From assembly GCA_036170915.1 (NCBI GenBank), contig JAVHQC010000010.1, forward strand, positions 128,001-192,000: a stretch of DNA of 64,000 nt. Reading direction: 5' to 3'. The position numbers and the translations under genes were made by a program. Shown piece after piece: positions 55,774 to 64,000 of the stretch (its first letter is position 1; each line of letters opens with the position of its first letter). The DNA comes from Cyanobacteria bacterium auto_48_18 (GTDB taxonomy: Bacteria; Cyanobacteriota; Vampirovibrionia; Obscuribacterales; Obscuribacteraceae). Under the pieces are notes generated by a model. The model did not search any database. It was not told the origin of the DNA and worked only from the letters and a program-made list of their open reading frames with translations.

Positions 55774-58700
55774 TTGTCATTGCCTAAATTTAAAATTGGC
55801 ACTTGCATCGTCTGCGCACTATCAATTAGTTTTTTCACGACACAAACAATATGCATTGCCCAAAATAATCCACCTGCGCAATTGCTGACTGAGCCTCCAG
55901 ACGCAATGTCGGAGCCGACTGCTTATAACCACGATCTTTCGGCTCTCTTTGAAGCAATGCATCCGTTGGACGGCAGCGAAGGGCCGTTTGCTGTGCAACG
56001 CTTTAAAGAAATGGGCAAAATTTATCTACAGCAAAACGCTGATTTACTCTCTCTGGGCGCCGACCTAGAAGCTTTAAAGCTTATGGCCGCCTGGCCGCTT
56101 GCCTCCAAATATCCTTTAAATCAGACGGCGATTGCGGCACTGTCTCACGCACTGACTGCTGGAAATATCAAAGCTGCTGATGTTTTTTGGGATAAAGTCA
56201 AAAGCAGTTTAGACTTTGAAGGAGCCAAAGCCGAAAATATCGCTGAGAATTATCCTCAAGTGATTATTCAACTCGTGCAAGCAGGGCGAAGGCCTGATGC
56301 AATTCTACTAGCAAGAAAACTGTTACCAATATTCAACGGTAAGCAAATTGATGCCAGCGACAGCTATAGATATACTGATTACCAGTATCGACATGACGTG
56401 CTCAAAGCGTGTGCCATAGCTCTCGCCGGCGAGTCAAAAGTAGAAGCCCTGGCTGTCTGCGATCAACTTTTTGACTTAGACCGCGACAATCAATGGCTTG
56501 GCGAAATGTACTTGGCCCTGGGTCAAAAAGAAAAGGCTTCAGCTTGCTATAAACGCGCTATCGCGCTCGAAGAAAAACGGAGAGCTGGTGGCGCAGAACA
56601 AAATACTGCACTGCCAAACCCGTCTCTATTTGACGCTAAAAAATTTAATTCAACAATTGACACTTCAGCTACCTACGCTTTGCTTAACCGCGCCCACCAG
56701 CTGATTGAGCAAGGCATAGTGCCAGAAAAAGAAATCACTGAACTGGTAAACCTGACTGATGATTACACTCTCAATAAGCCTGCCGCGCTGTTGAACCTGG
56801 TTCGAAATTTAAGCGATCATAAGATGATCAAGCAGTCAAACGATTTACTGGCTGGTCTTAGCGGCACGGCTAAACAACAACACTGCACGCCGATAACTGC
56901 GCTGTTTCTCGCGACCGAACAGGCAATCAATTCTGTTCGCAGTGATGGCACAGACAAACAAAAGTGGAATGAAATTGAAAATTATTTGACACCATTGGGC
57001 GAATTTTCCACCGATAGATTTCGCATTCTTGCACTTGCGTATGCGACGGCAGGCGACTTTAAGCGGGCCAAAATAATCCAGGATCACGCACTGCCACATC
57101 TGCAAACCGAACTATTCATCAAGAAAAATAGCAGAGGACGGATTTTATTTTTACTTGATCAAGCAGCTGTTTATTCAGCCCTGGGCGATGATGAAAATGG
57201 GCAAAAGCAATTTGATCAAGCAATGACACTTACAGCCGCCGAAGCCGCACGTAATGACCGAACAATCAGCGCAACCGATTGGCCCGGCATGACAGCCATG
57301 GCTAAAGAAGGTGAATTCAGATGTTCTCTTGTTACTAAAATTGTTAATTACATCATTGAAGATTCGACAGAGGATAACAAAAACGATCGCACAGAAAAAA
57401 ACTTGCGGGCGGCCCTTAATGCCACCGAAGCTTTAGCACCTGTACCGACCAATATCACCTCAGCCAATAATGGCATGAACAGCTCTATGTTAATTGCAAG
57501 GGCCCAGCCCGCAATCAGAGTAATGTTAGCCAGACACCTGATGAAAAAAGGTGACCACACTCAAGCGAATGATATTCTGTCGAAAGTTGATCAGTCGGCT
57601 TGGGACAACTCTTTTGGCGACCTTGACGTTTTAAGGGCAGAGCTTGAAGCAGCAGCCGGCAATTGGAACAGGGCAATGGAAATTTATCTTACTGTGCCTT
57701 TCAGCGGCCAGACTATTAATCCTGGCTATGAGACAGCAGGCTACACCAGGCTGTATTTAACAAAAGCCCTTGAGGCAGCAAAAAAGCTTCCCAGTCTAAA
57801 TTCGGCAAAACTTGCTTTCATTTACCACCAATTAGCTATGACGTATGACACACAGCCGTATGCACCAGAGCAAGCAATTGAATTTTACAAGCAAGCCTAC
57901 TCGCTCTATCCGGATACCGATAGCAACAAATCGGTAGTCGCGCAAAAAATCGCACAGACCGAACAGGCCATGATTTCGCAAAAATCGGATGCTGCGATTG
58001 TCTCTTGCGAAATAACTAAACCTCTTGATCACAACACCACAACAGTCATCGAAATGCTACACAACGCGGCGTTACTTGCTGAAAAAAATCAAGCTGAGAC
58101 CAGAGTTACCGAATGGCTTAATTTCGCTTCGGCGGAGGCACAAGCAGGTTTGCTTGACAGCGCCATAGAGCATGCGCAACATGCCATTTCTATTTTTCAC
58201 AAACCTACTGATCAACAGTTATATATTCGTACAATGGAATTAGAGGCGGTAGTTTCAGCGCTTAGCGAACGCGGAAAGGCAAGCGCAGCAGAACAACTAC
58301 TTATTGACGCAGCACAAAAAGTCGCCGAACTATTTGGCCAACCGAGCATGGAGTACGAAACTCAACAAGCGCAGCTCTTTCGATTTTATTACAATCAGGA
58401 GAATTACAACAAAGCGCTAGAGGTGGTTGACCAAATACTTGCTGTCGCGCCACAGACAGTAGAATTGAATCGACCATTTAATGACCACGGTCGTTTATCA
58501 GTTCTTAATTGGGTTCCTTATATTTCAACAGATAGGAAAGATCCTAAAATGGCACTAGAACTGTTGAACAAGTCCTATCAGGCCTATCAAAAATATTATG
58601 CTAAAGACGATTATCGTATGGCCCATCTTCTAAAAATGAGGGCCGATCTTGAAAGCTCTGATAATTTTGCTGCGGCATTATCAAACTATGAAAAAGCTTT

Positions 58701-59415
58701 GGCTATTGCAGCACTGAACGGCGGAAGCTCTGGCGAGTATTACCTGATAGCCGCAGCTACAGAAGACTTCCTGATAAAGAATGGTAAGGCTAAAGAGTTG
58801 GCTTTACTCCGCAAACAGCGTGACAAATTTGAATTGGTCAGGCAAGAATTTGATCTAACTTATCGCCGCATCGAACCCGTAAATATTGAAGCCAAATATT
58901 TTCATGTTTCAAACACAGCTCCATATAGCGAATATGCTGCTGTCATACTTGATACGATGCTCACCGATTTTGAAAAAAAGCATGATACTGAAGCGATCAA
59001 CAAATATGTGCCGCTCGTTTTAGATGTGCTCAACCATACAAATTATTTTAACCACTACTTCGCTTACGGTCAGCTGTCGCCGCTTTCTGCTCGCTACAAA
59101 TACTTAAAGATGATCATCGCCGCCAACAGTCGTAGCGATTTCAAAACCGCAAAGTTATGGTTACAAAAAGCACACGATTTAAAACTGCCGTTAGCGACTG
59201 TCGAAGAACTGACCTTCCTTTCTCAGGCAGAACTTCTATGTGGGAACCGGCAATCAGCGCTTGAATATTATAAACAGGCCTGCAAACTTTATCTTGTCGA
59301 TAACAACAAGGACATTCATCGAGAAGCACTGATTGTTATGAGAAAGAAACTGGGTCAACGGGAAGATTTAAAATCGCCAGGGCATCCAGGGGTGCAGAGC
59401 GGAGCAAAGAAATAA
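55774..59415 (+). CDS. Large secreted TPR-like alpha-solenoid protein
   Basis: TTG 55774 follows GGAGG; signal-like N-terminus; TPR-like units (LGEMYLALGQKEKASACYKRAI; AIEFYKQAYSL). Confidence 0.8.
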   Translation: MSLPKFKIGTCIVCALSISFFTTQTICIAQNNPPAQLLTEPPDAMSEPTAYNHDLSALFEAMHPLDGSEGPFAVQRFKEMGKIYLQQNADLLSLGADLEALKLMAAWPLASKYPLNQTAIAALSHALTAGNIKAADVFWDKVKSSLDFEGAKAENIAENYPQVIIQLVQAGRRPDAILLARKLLPIFNGKQIDASDSYRYTDYQYRHDVLKACAIALAGESKVEALAVCDQLFDLDRDNQWLGEMYLALGQKEKASACYKRAIALEEKRRAGGAEQNTALPNPSLFDAKKFNSTIDTSATYALLNRAHQLIEQGIVPEKEITELVNLTDDYTLNKPAALLNLVRNLSDHKMIKQSNDLLAGLSGTAKQQHCTPITALFLATEQAINSVRSDGTDKQKWNEIENYLTPLGEFSTDRFRILALAYATAGDFKRAKIIQDHALPHLQTELFIKKNSRGRILFLLDQAAVYSALGDDENGQKQFDQAMTLTAAEAARNDRTISATDWPGMTAMAKEGEFRCSLVTKIVNYIIEDSTEDNKNDRTEKNLRAALNATEALAPVPTNITSANNGMNSSMLIARAQPAIRVMLARHLMKKGDHTQANDILSKVDQSAWDNSFGDLDVLRAELEAAAGNWNRAMEIYLTVPFSGQTINPGYETAGYTRLYLTKALEAAKKLPSLNSAKLAFIYHQLAMTYDTQPYAPEQAIEFYKQAYSLYPDTDSNKSVVAQKIAQTEQAMISQKSDAAIVSCEITKPLDHNTTTVIEMLHNAALLAEKNQAETRVTEWLNFASAEAQAGLLDSAIEHAQHAISIFHKPTDQQLYIRTMELEAVVSALSERGKASAAEQLLIDAAQKVAELFGQPSMEYETQQAQLFRFYYNQENYNKALEVVDQILAVAPQTVELNRPFNDHGRLSVLNWVPYISTDRKDPKMALELLNKSYQAYQKYYAKDDYRMAHLLKMRADLESSDNFAAALSNYEKALAIAALNGGSSGEYYLIAAATEDFLIKNGKAKELALLRKQRDKFELVRQEFDLTYRRIEPVNIEAKYFHVSNTAPYSEYAAVILDTMLTDFEKKHDTEAINKYVPLVLDVLNHTNYFNHYFAYGQLSPLSARYKYLKMIIAANSRSDFKTAKLWLQKAHDLKLPLATVEELTFLSQAELLCGNRQSALEYYKQACKLYLVDNNKDIHREALIVMRKKLGQREDLKSPGHPGVQSGAKK

Positions 59416-59461
59416 TGCATCAAGCAGCTCGCAGCACTTCCCACGTTAATAGGTAACCATT

Positions 59462-59498
59462 AAGAAAGGCACCCAGCAATGCTGAGTGCCTTTTCTTT
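59462..59498. terminator. Bidirectional intrinsic terminator between convergent genes
   Basis: AAGAAAGGCACCCAGC-AAT-GCTGAGTGCCTTTTCTTT hairpin with T/A tracts on both sides. Confidence 0.85.
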
Positions 59499-59519
59499 CG
59501 TTTGAGGTCTGTTTAAAAA

Positions 59520-60044
59520 CTAAACAGCTTTTACAGCCTGGTCATTTACTCGTTTCACATCGGTTGCGCCATGAGTCTTGAAGATATCTTCAGCGCGCTT
59601 AAGATCATCGTTGATCTCGCTGTGAGCGGCAATAAGAATATTGCCTTCTCTCAATTTACCTTCGAACATTTTGGCTTCGTATTCTGGAATTCCCATACCG
59701 ATAAGAGCTCCGGTGATGCCACCAAGGGTAGCGCCGACGCCTATACCACTTAAAGTAGCCATGATCGGTCCTGCAGCAATAAATGGTCCTACGCCTGGAA
59801 TTGCCAATGCGCCAATACCAGCCAGAAGGCCAAGTGTGCCGCCGATCACGCCGCCGGTAGTGGCACCGGTTGCAGCACCTTCTGGAGCTTTAGTTGAATT
59901 GTCGTGTGCGAAATCTTTTGTGCCTTCCTTATCTGGGAAAAGCACCGAGAGGTCGTTGCTCAAAAATCCAGAATCTTGCAGAGCACTGACTAGATTTTCT
60001 GCGTCTACACGAGTTTTGACAAGGCCGATTACTGATTGTGACAT
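59520..60044 (-). CDS. General stress / glycine-zipper membrane protein (DUF3341/YflT-like)
   Basis: TKAPEGAATGA.TGG.IGG.LGLLAGIGALAIPGVGPFIAAGP...ALIGMGIPEYEAK; SD AGGAG. Confidence 0.85.
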   Translation of the reverse strand: MSQSVIGLVKTRVDAENLVSALQDSGFLSNDLSVLFPDKEGTKDFAHDNSTKAPEGAATGATTGGVIGGTLGLLAGIGALAIPGVGPFIAAGPIMATLSGIGVGATLGGITGALIGMGIPEYEAKMFEGKLREGNILIAAHSEINDDLKRAEDIFKTHGATDVKRVNDQAVKAV

Positions 60045-60095
60045 TATTGTCTCTCCTAAAATTCTGTATTAGTTGTATTTCTGATTAGTCGCTAA

Positions 60096-60485
60096 CTAGT
60101 GAGGTTTAGCGGCCACGCTTAAGGAAGTCTTGATGCCTTTAACGCCTTTGCAGGTTTTAACAAGTTCTTCGAGGCGCTCCTTTTCTTCAAAGCTATTAAC
60201 AGGTCCACGAAGAACGACAAAATTACTGTCAGACACAAGAATTTTTACGTTCTTAGCGTCCATAGACAGATTTTTCTGTTTCATGATTACTCTGCGGACA
60301 TTGCCAAGAATTTTGATCTGCTCTCGGCCATTGCCTTGTTTATCGGCAACCACAGCATTCTCTTCTAAGGCTCCACGATTCTGTTTTGTATTATCTGCCT
60401 TCACTGGTTCTGCTTGTGCTGTGTTGACGCTAATCACCAATAGTGCACAAACGCCAGCTGATGCCAACAAACTTTTCATTTGCAT
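60096..60485 (-). CDS. Secreted BON-domain protein
   Basis: Signal peptide (AQA); ADNT..N, LSMDAKNVKI, V.LRGPVNS.EEK, GVK.I...L. Confidence 0.88.
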   Translation of the reverse strand: MQMKSLLASAGVCALLVISVNTAQAEPVKADNTKQNRGALEENAVVADKQGNGREQIKILGNVRRVIMKQKNLSMDAKNVKILVSDSNFVVLRGPVNSFEEKERLEELVKTCKGVKGIKTSLSVAAKPH

Positions 60486-60547
60486 TCAACCTTTGTCTTA
60501 TGTTTTTGTACGGCCTCGCACTGTTTTTATCATCACAACTCGACAAT

Positions 60548-60575
60548 GTTGAAATAAAGCTCAACAGCAAGTTCC
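60548..60575 (-). promoter_or_regulatory. ECF sigma (RpoE-like) promoter, proximal to the BON operon
   Basis: Minus strand GGAACTT-N16-TCAAC. Confidence 0.7.
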
Positions 60576-60645
60576 CGAAAACCCGCTGCGCAGAGCAGCG
60601 AGCAGTGAACGTATCTCACAGTGATGTCAGTACAATTCCGAAGAG

Positions 60646-60673
60646 TACGACCATCGTCGGTGCCAAAAGTTCC
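60646..60673 (-). promoter_or_regulatory. ECF sigma (RpoE-like) promoter, distal to the BON operon
   Basis: Minus strand GGAACTT-N16-TCGTA. Confidence 0.65.
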
Positions 60674-60747
60674 AAAAAAAATTTCGCAGCGAAATTATGC
60701 AAATGACATCTTCATCTGCAAATCGGGAGAACATTGGGGCGCGGCAG

Positions 60748-62109
60748 CTACCTGTTAAACGGCTTCTCATTCACCCAGTGAAAACCACGATTGAGAAGTA
60801 GGTAATTGCTGCGGTTGATGCGGTGTAAGCGAATTTCGCATTGGATACCGTCAACTTCGCCGCGTAATATCCAATGAGTGGCATCGGGCATTTCGCTTAC
60901 TAAATGCGCCTTCCAATCCTGATCTTCTTTTGCCACCAAATCTAAATCTTTGCCATTGTTGAGTTTGGTTAGTTTGTACGTCGTCCACTCTTCGCCAGCA
61001 TTGCTGGCAGCAATACTTTTTTCATGTACCCACAGTGACTCCCAGCGGCAGTCAGCCAGCAAATCAGCCGGCAATGGTTGACCAGAATATTGATATGAAT
61101 CAACTGTCCATGAACCTTTGTAATCGCCAACTCTAGGTAACTCCGCAACAGATGTTTTGAAACTTTTGTAGGAATAGAAAAAACCAAAAAATGCGTGATA
61201 GGCGAGGAAGCACCAGGCAACGCTCCACACAATTAAATTGAATTTCTTGTTTTGAAAAAGATTGAGTGAAGTAAAAGCAGAAGCGCTTCGCTGCCTACAA
61301 AAAATATTAAACAGGTTTCTAGTATCGGGCAAAAGCAAGAAAATCGAAAGCACCAACAGATGCCCTGAAAGTATTTTGACCGGCACGTCATAACACATAT
61401 TGAGCATGACAATTTCGCCTGCCACGGTCACACACAAAAGCGTGCCTAATACTCGCGTATAAGGTATAGCCAGTAGTAAACCAGCGGTGAACTCAACGAG
61501 CCCTGTGAAAATCGTATAGGGCTGAGACGCGCTCATGAATGTCCAGAGCAGGCCCATGGGAGATTTTTCGCCAACGGTCTGGGTCAAAATATGGTTCTGC
61601 AGGGGCGGAAACTGGCTGGGAAATATCTTGCAGGCACCATAATCGAGCATGTTAGACGATACAAAAAGCAGAGACCAGATGCGCAGAAGTGCAAAGAGAG
61701 AAGTGTAGTGGCGGCGTTTTCGATCCAGAACGCTCCAGATAATCGCCCCGAATCCGGCAAAGCCTGCGTAAGTTGCTATTTCTATCCAACGAATCAGTTG
61801 ATCTCCGCTGCCCGACGCTGCCGAGGACCAATCAGGCGGAGTATGAAAACAATAGGCAGCTGTTACGGCGATCAGTGCGCGAACGAAAAAGTCCCACGGT
61901 ACGGCGATTAGATTTAATAGGGGAATCGAGCTAAAAGGAAACGGAAAGAGATAGAGAAAGAGGTAAACAAACCAATAACGAAAAAGAACTAGCTGCCAGA
62001 GCGGCCACACAATTGACGGCGCTGCTGCACCAGTTGTAGTGGTATCAGATATGGTTTCTGATTTTTCGGGAGATTCTTCAGGCAAAAAGCACCATAACGA
62101 GTTAGGCAT
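60748..62109 (-). CDS. DoxX-like multi-pass membrane protein with a C-terminal soluble domain
   Basis: SGSGD, IWS.LDRKR..Y, YG..KIFP.QF, SPMGLLWTFM..S..Y..F.G..E, N.CYDVPVK..S.HL, LL.RGFHWVNE.PFNR. Confidence 0.82.
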   Translation of the reverse strand: MPNSLWCFLPEESPEKSETISDTTTTGAAAPSIVWPLWQLVLFRYWFVYLFLYLFPFPFSSIPLLNLIAVPWDFFVRALIAVTAAYCFHTPPDWSSAASGSGDQLIRWIEIATYAGFAGFGAIIWSVLDRKRRHYTSLFALLRIWSLLFVSSNMLDYGACKIFPSQFPPLQNHILTQTVGEKSPMGLLWTFMSASQPYTIFTGLVEFTAGLLLAIPYTRVLGTLLCVTVAGEIVMLNMCYDVPVKILSGHLLVLSIFLLLPDTRNLFNIFCRQRSASAFTSLNLFQNKKFNLIVWSVAWCFLAYHAFFGFFYSYKSFKTSVAELPRVGDYKGSWTVDSYQYSGQPLPADLLADCRWESLWVHEKSIAASNAGEEWTTYKLTKLNNGKDLDLVAKEDQDWKAHLVSEMPDATHWILRGEVDGIQCEIRLHRINRSNYLLLNRGFHWVNEKPFNR

Positions 62110-62182
62110 TCATGCCAAAAGGCTATCACAGCGAATGCAAAAAATCGAACATCCAAGTACAATATTTATGCTTTAAAAAAGT

Positions 62183-62842
62183 ATGGAAGAAATGAATAAG
62201 CAAATTTCTACAATCGTCGTCTTGGCAATTTTTGCGCTCACCAGTTGTGCCGAAATTTCACAATTTCGTTTCGAGCCACCAAAGGAAGTGCTCGAGGATA
62301 AGACACCTGAGCAGTACTACCGAATGGGCAGGAATTACAAAGATGCAGGGTGGCCTGAGCAGGCCAGGGAATGCCTGACTCGTGCCATAAAGGCTGACGA
62401 AAATGGCGAAGTTGGTAAAAAAGCAAAAATATACCTCAAAGCATATTTGCCGCGTGAGCCAATTTCGCAGACTGCAATTAGTCGAAATATCACTGCGTTT
62501 AATCAAGCGGCGAGCGGCAGCGAAGATGAAGCTATCGCCGGATATCAGGCATGCATTAAAGACTATCCAACTTTCGAATGGCCATACGGAAATCTTGCCG
62601 CACTTTACACTAAAGCTGGCAGGTATAAAGACGCTCAGGCTACAGTGCAGAAAGCACTGACTTTGAATCCAAATTATTTAAATGGGTGGCTTCATCTGGC
62701 AAGAGCCTTAGCAGCTGATAGAGACAGGGCAGGCGCGATTCGCTGCACGAAGCGAGCACTTGAAATAGACCCAGATTCCACCGCAGCTACCGAGCTCATG
62801 AAGTCGTTGATGCATCACCACACAGACAGACAACTGCAGTAG
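62183..62842 (+). CDS. TPR lipoprotein
   Basis: Lipobox LTSC; TPR consensus (PYGNLA.LY...G.Y..A....KAL.LNP.Y). Confidence 0.85.
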   Translation: MEEMNKQISTIVVLAIFALTSCAEISQFRFEPPKEVLEDKTPEQYYRMGRNYKDAGWPEQARECLTRAIKADENGEVGKKAKIYLKAYLPREPISQTAISRNITAFNQAASGSEDEAIAGYQACIKDYPTFEWPYGNLAALYTKAGRYKDAQATVQKALTLNPNYLNGWLHLARALAADRDRAGAIRCTKRALEIDPDSTAATELMKSLMHHHTDRQLQ

Positions 62843-62966
62843 TGGTGGAATTAATGAATTCCAACGGTGGCAATCAGGCTTTAATCAATTAAGCAATGAC
62901 TGCGCAAATAAATCAATCAGGTGTTAATCAAACCTCTCAAAAGAACCACGAATGATTTCTTCCTGT

Positions 62967-63374
62967 CTAGACATGCCTCAGCGCCTTCAGCTCAGTGCTT
63001 AGCCGCGCCAAATAGTTGCGAAGTTCTTGCTCGCTGGCACGGCAATCGTGAATGTCTTTGACACATTGTGCCGGTGTCGCAATTTCGAAATCAATGTCTG
63101 AAATAATCGAGTCGATCATTGTGCTCTCTTGAGTCTTTAATAGTTCTTGTGCCAGTTCTGATGCCCTGGTAGACGGAACTTCGTCAAAGATAACGGCATA
63201 CAGGGCAATGGCGAGCGTATTTGGTTTCAAAGTCAATTTGATAACGTCACTTTGGTGAAAAACAGTTATAAGCTTACCGCACTTAAAACCGCTCCTCAAA
63301 TGGAAGGTTAGCAGCGGCCGTGGCTGGGTCATGGTGCAAAAGCGGACCGAGTTAGCCCCGGTCCGCTTGTTCAT
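62967..63374 (-). CDS. Hypothetical protein (true start probably further 3')
   Basis: The C-terminal ~90 aa look globular (LYAVIFD...SEQELRNYLARL). No family recognised. Confidence 0.45.
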   Translation of the reverse strand: MNKRTGANSVRFCTMTQPRPLLTFHLRSGFKCGKLITVFHQSDVIKLTLKPNTLAIALYAVIFDEVPSTRASELAQELLKTQESTMIDSIISDIDFEIATPAQCVKDIHDCRASEQELRNYLARLSTELKALRHV

Positions 63375-63394
63375 TCAAAACCACATCGGTTTCG

Positions 63395-63832
63395 TTATTT
63401 CATGTTCGACATCTTTTCACAACTTTCGACGCACTTGCGACACTCAGCGGCGCAGTCTTTCATTTGTTTGTCATCGCCAAAAGATTCACAGCTTTCGGCG
63501 CAGAGCTTGCATATGTCAGCGCAAAAACCGCACGATTTTGCATGGTTTGCTGAATTGCGAGAAAGAAATTCGGCGCTCATTTTACATGCAGCAATGCAGT
63601 CTCTAAGCGTATCTAGATGCTTATTTTCTGCATGTTTGCCGCCTTTCTTTCGACAATATGCCAAGGTTTTCTCGCACACTTTTTGGCACTTGCGGCACAC
63701 AGCCTCACAGGATTCCATACTGGGCATTGTTGCATTTTGAGTGTTTGTGCCTGTTTGAGCACTTATGCTGGTATTGCTCGAAAATGCAAAACATCCCAAA
63801 ATCAACATGAATAGAACAACGATTTTTTTCAC
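63395..63832 (-). CDS. Four-helix-bundle Cys-rich copper storage protein (Csp/DUF326) with a signal peptide
   Basis: 16 Cys in Cx2-3C patterns. GTG 63832 follows AAGGA; N-terminus KKIVVLFMLILGCFAFS. Confidence 0.88.
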   Translation of the reverse strand: MKKIVVLFMLILGCFAFSSNTSISAQTGTNTQNATMPSMESCEAVCRKCQKVCEKTLAYCRKKGGKHAENKHLDTLRDCIAACKMSAEFLSRNSANHAKSCGFCADICKLCAESCESFGDDKQMKDCAAECRKCVESCEKMSNMK

Positions 63833-63859
63833 AACTATTTCCTTGATGAAGTAGGCCAT

Positions 63860-63887
63860 AAAGAGAACTTATGCTGCCAAAAGTTCC
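63860..63887 (-). promoter_or_regulatory. ECF sigma (RpoE-like) promoter, proximal to the Csp gene
   Basis: Minus strand GGAACTT-N16-TCTTT. Confidence 0.65.
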
Positions 63888-63920
63888 CTTGAATTTAAAA
63901 ATAAAGATGCCTAGGTGGCG

Positions 63921-63948
63921 CTCGACGCGACTAGTATTGATAAGTTCC
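63921..63948 (-). promoter_or_regulatory. ECF sigma (RpoE-like) promoter, distal to the Csp gene
   Basis: Minus strand GGAACTT-N16-TCGAG. Confidence 0.65.
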
Positions 63949-64000
63949 CGATTACAAAGTCTTCAGAACATGGTAAAGAAGCCAGGTGGCTCAAGCACAG

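Noticed and set aside
62871..62931. Direct repeats as a mini-CRISPR
   Set aside because: Only two imperfect 18-bp units, too short, with no cas genes in the window.
63911..64000. Possible 3' end of a minus-strand gene at the window edge
   Set aside because: Too short to choose between frames, and no motif is recognisable.

Overview
Gene-dense bacterial chromosomal window with about 65 CDS. I found no rRNA, tRNA, CRISPR array, transposase, integrase or phage genes. The mix of many TPR proteins, LRR proteins, a kinase-TM-LRR Ser/Thr kinase and a Cph1/Rcp1-like two-component module suggests a non-photosynthetic cyanobacterial relative (Vampirovibrionia/Melainabacteria, Obscuribacterales-like). 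That placement is inference only. Recognisable content includes the alkA 3' end and ogt, a sulfite-oxidase-family Mo enzyme, a GH144-like glucanase, two RND efflux loci, DUF2252, a PAS-HK/RR/hybrid-HK cluster ending in an amber-interrupted receiver gene, aqpZ, fabH, patatin, higBA, an SDR, a BON/general-stress pair and a Csp-type copper-storage protein. The most interesting observations are: (1) a co-oriented trio at 46814-50245 made of a Det1/AT74-like histidine phosphatase, an HExxH zinc peptidase fused to a VHL beta-domain that retains the hydroxyproline-pocket residues, and a DUF4419-SUKH fusion; (2) a shared cap+LRR module used both as a kinase ectodomain and as free secreted proteins; (3) four intergenic GGAACTT-N16-TC ECF-sigma promoters in tandem pairs; (4) a secreted Q/N-rich prion-like protein with a Gly/Arg tail; (5) several apparently leaderless genes; (6) a histidine kinase lacking its phospho-His; (7) paired palindromic operators in front of higBA. 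All family assignments come from reading motifs by eye, not from database searches.
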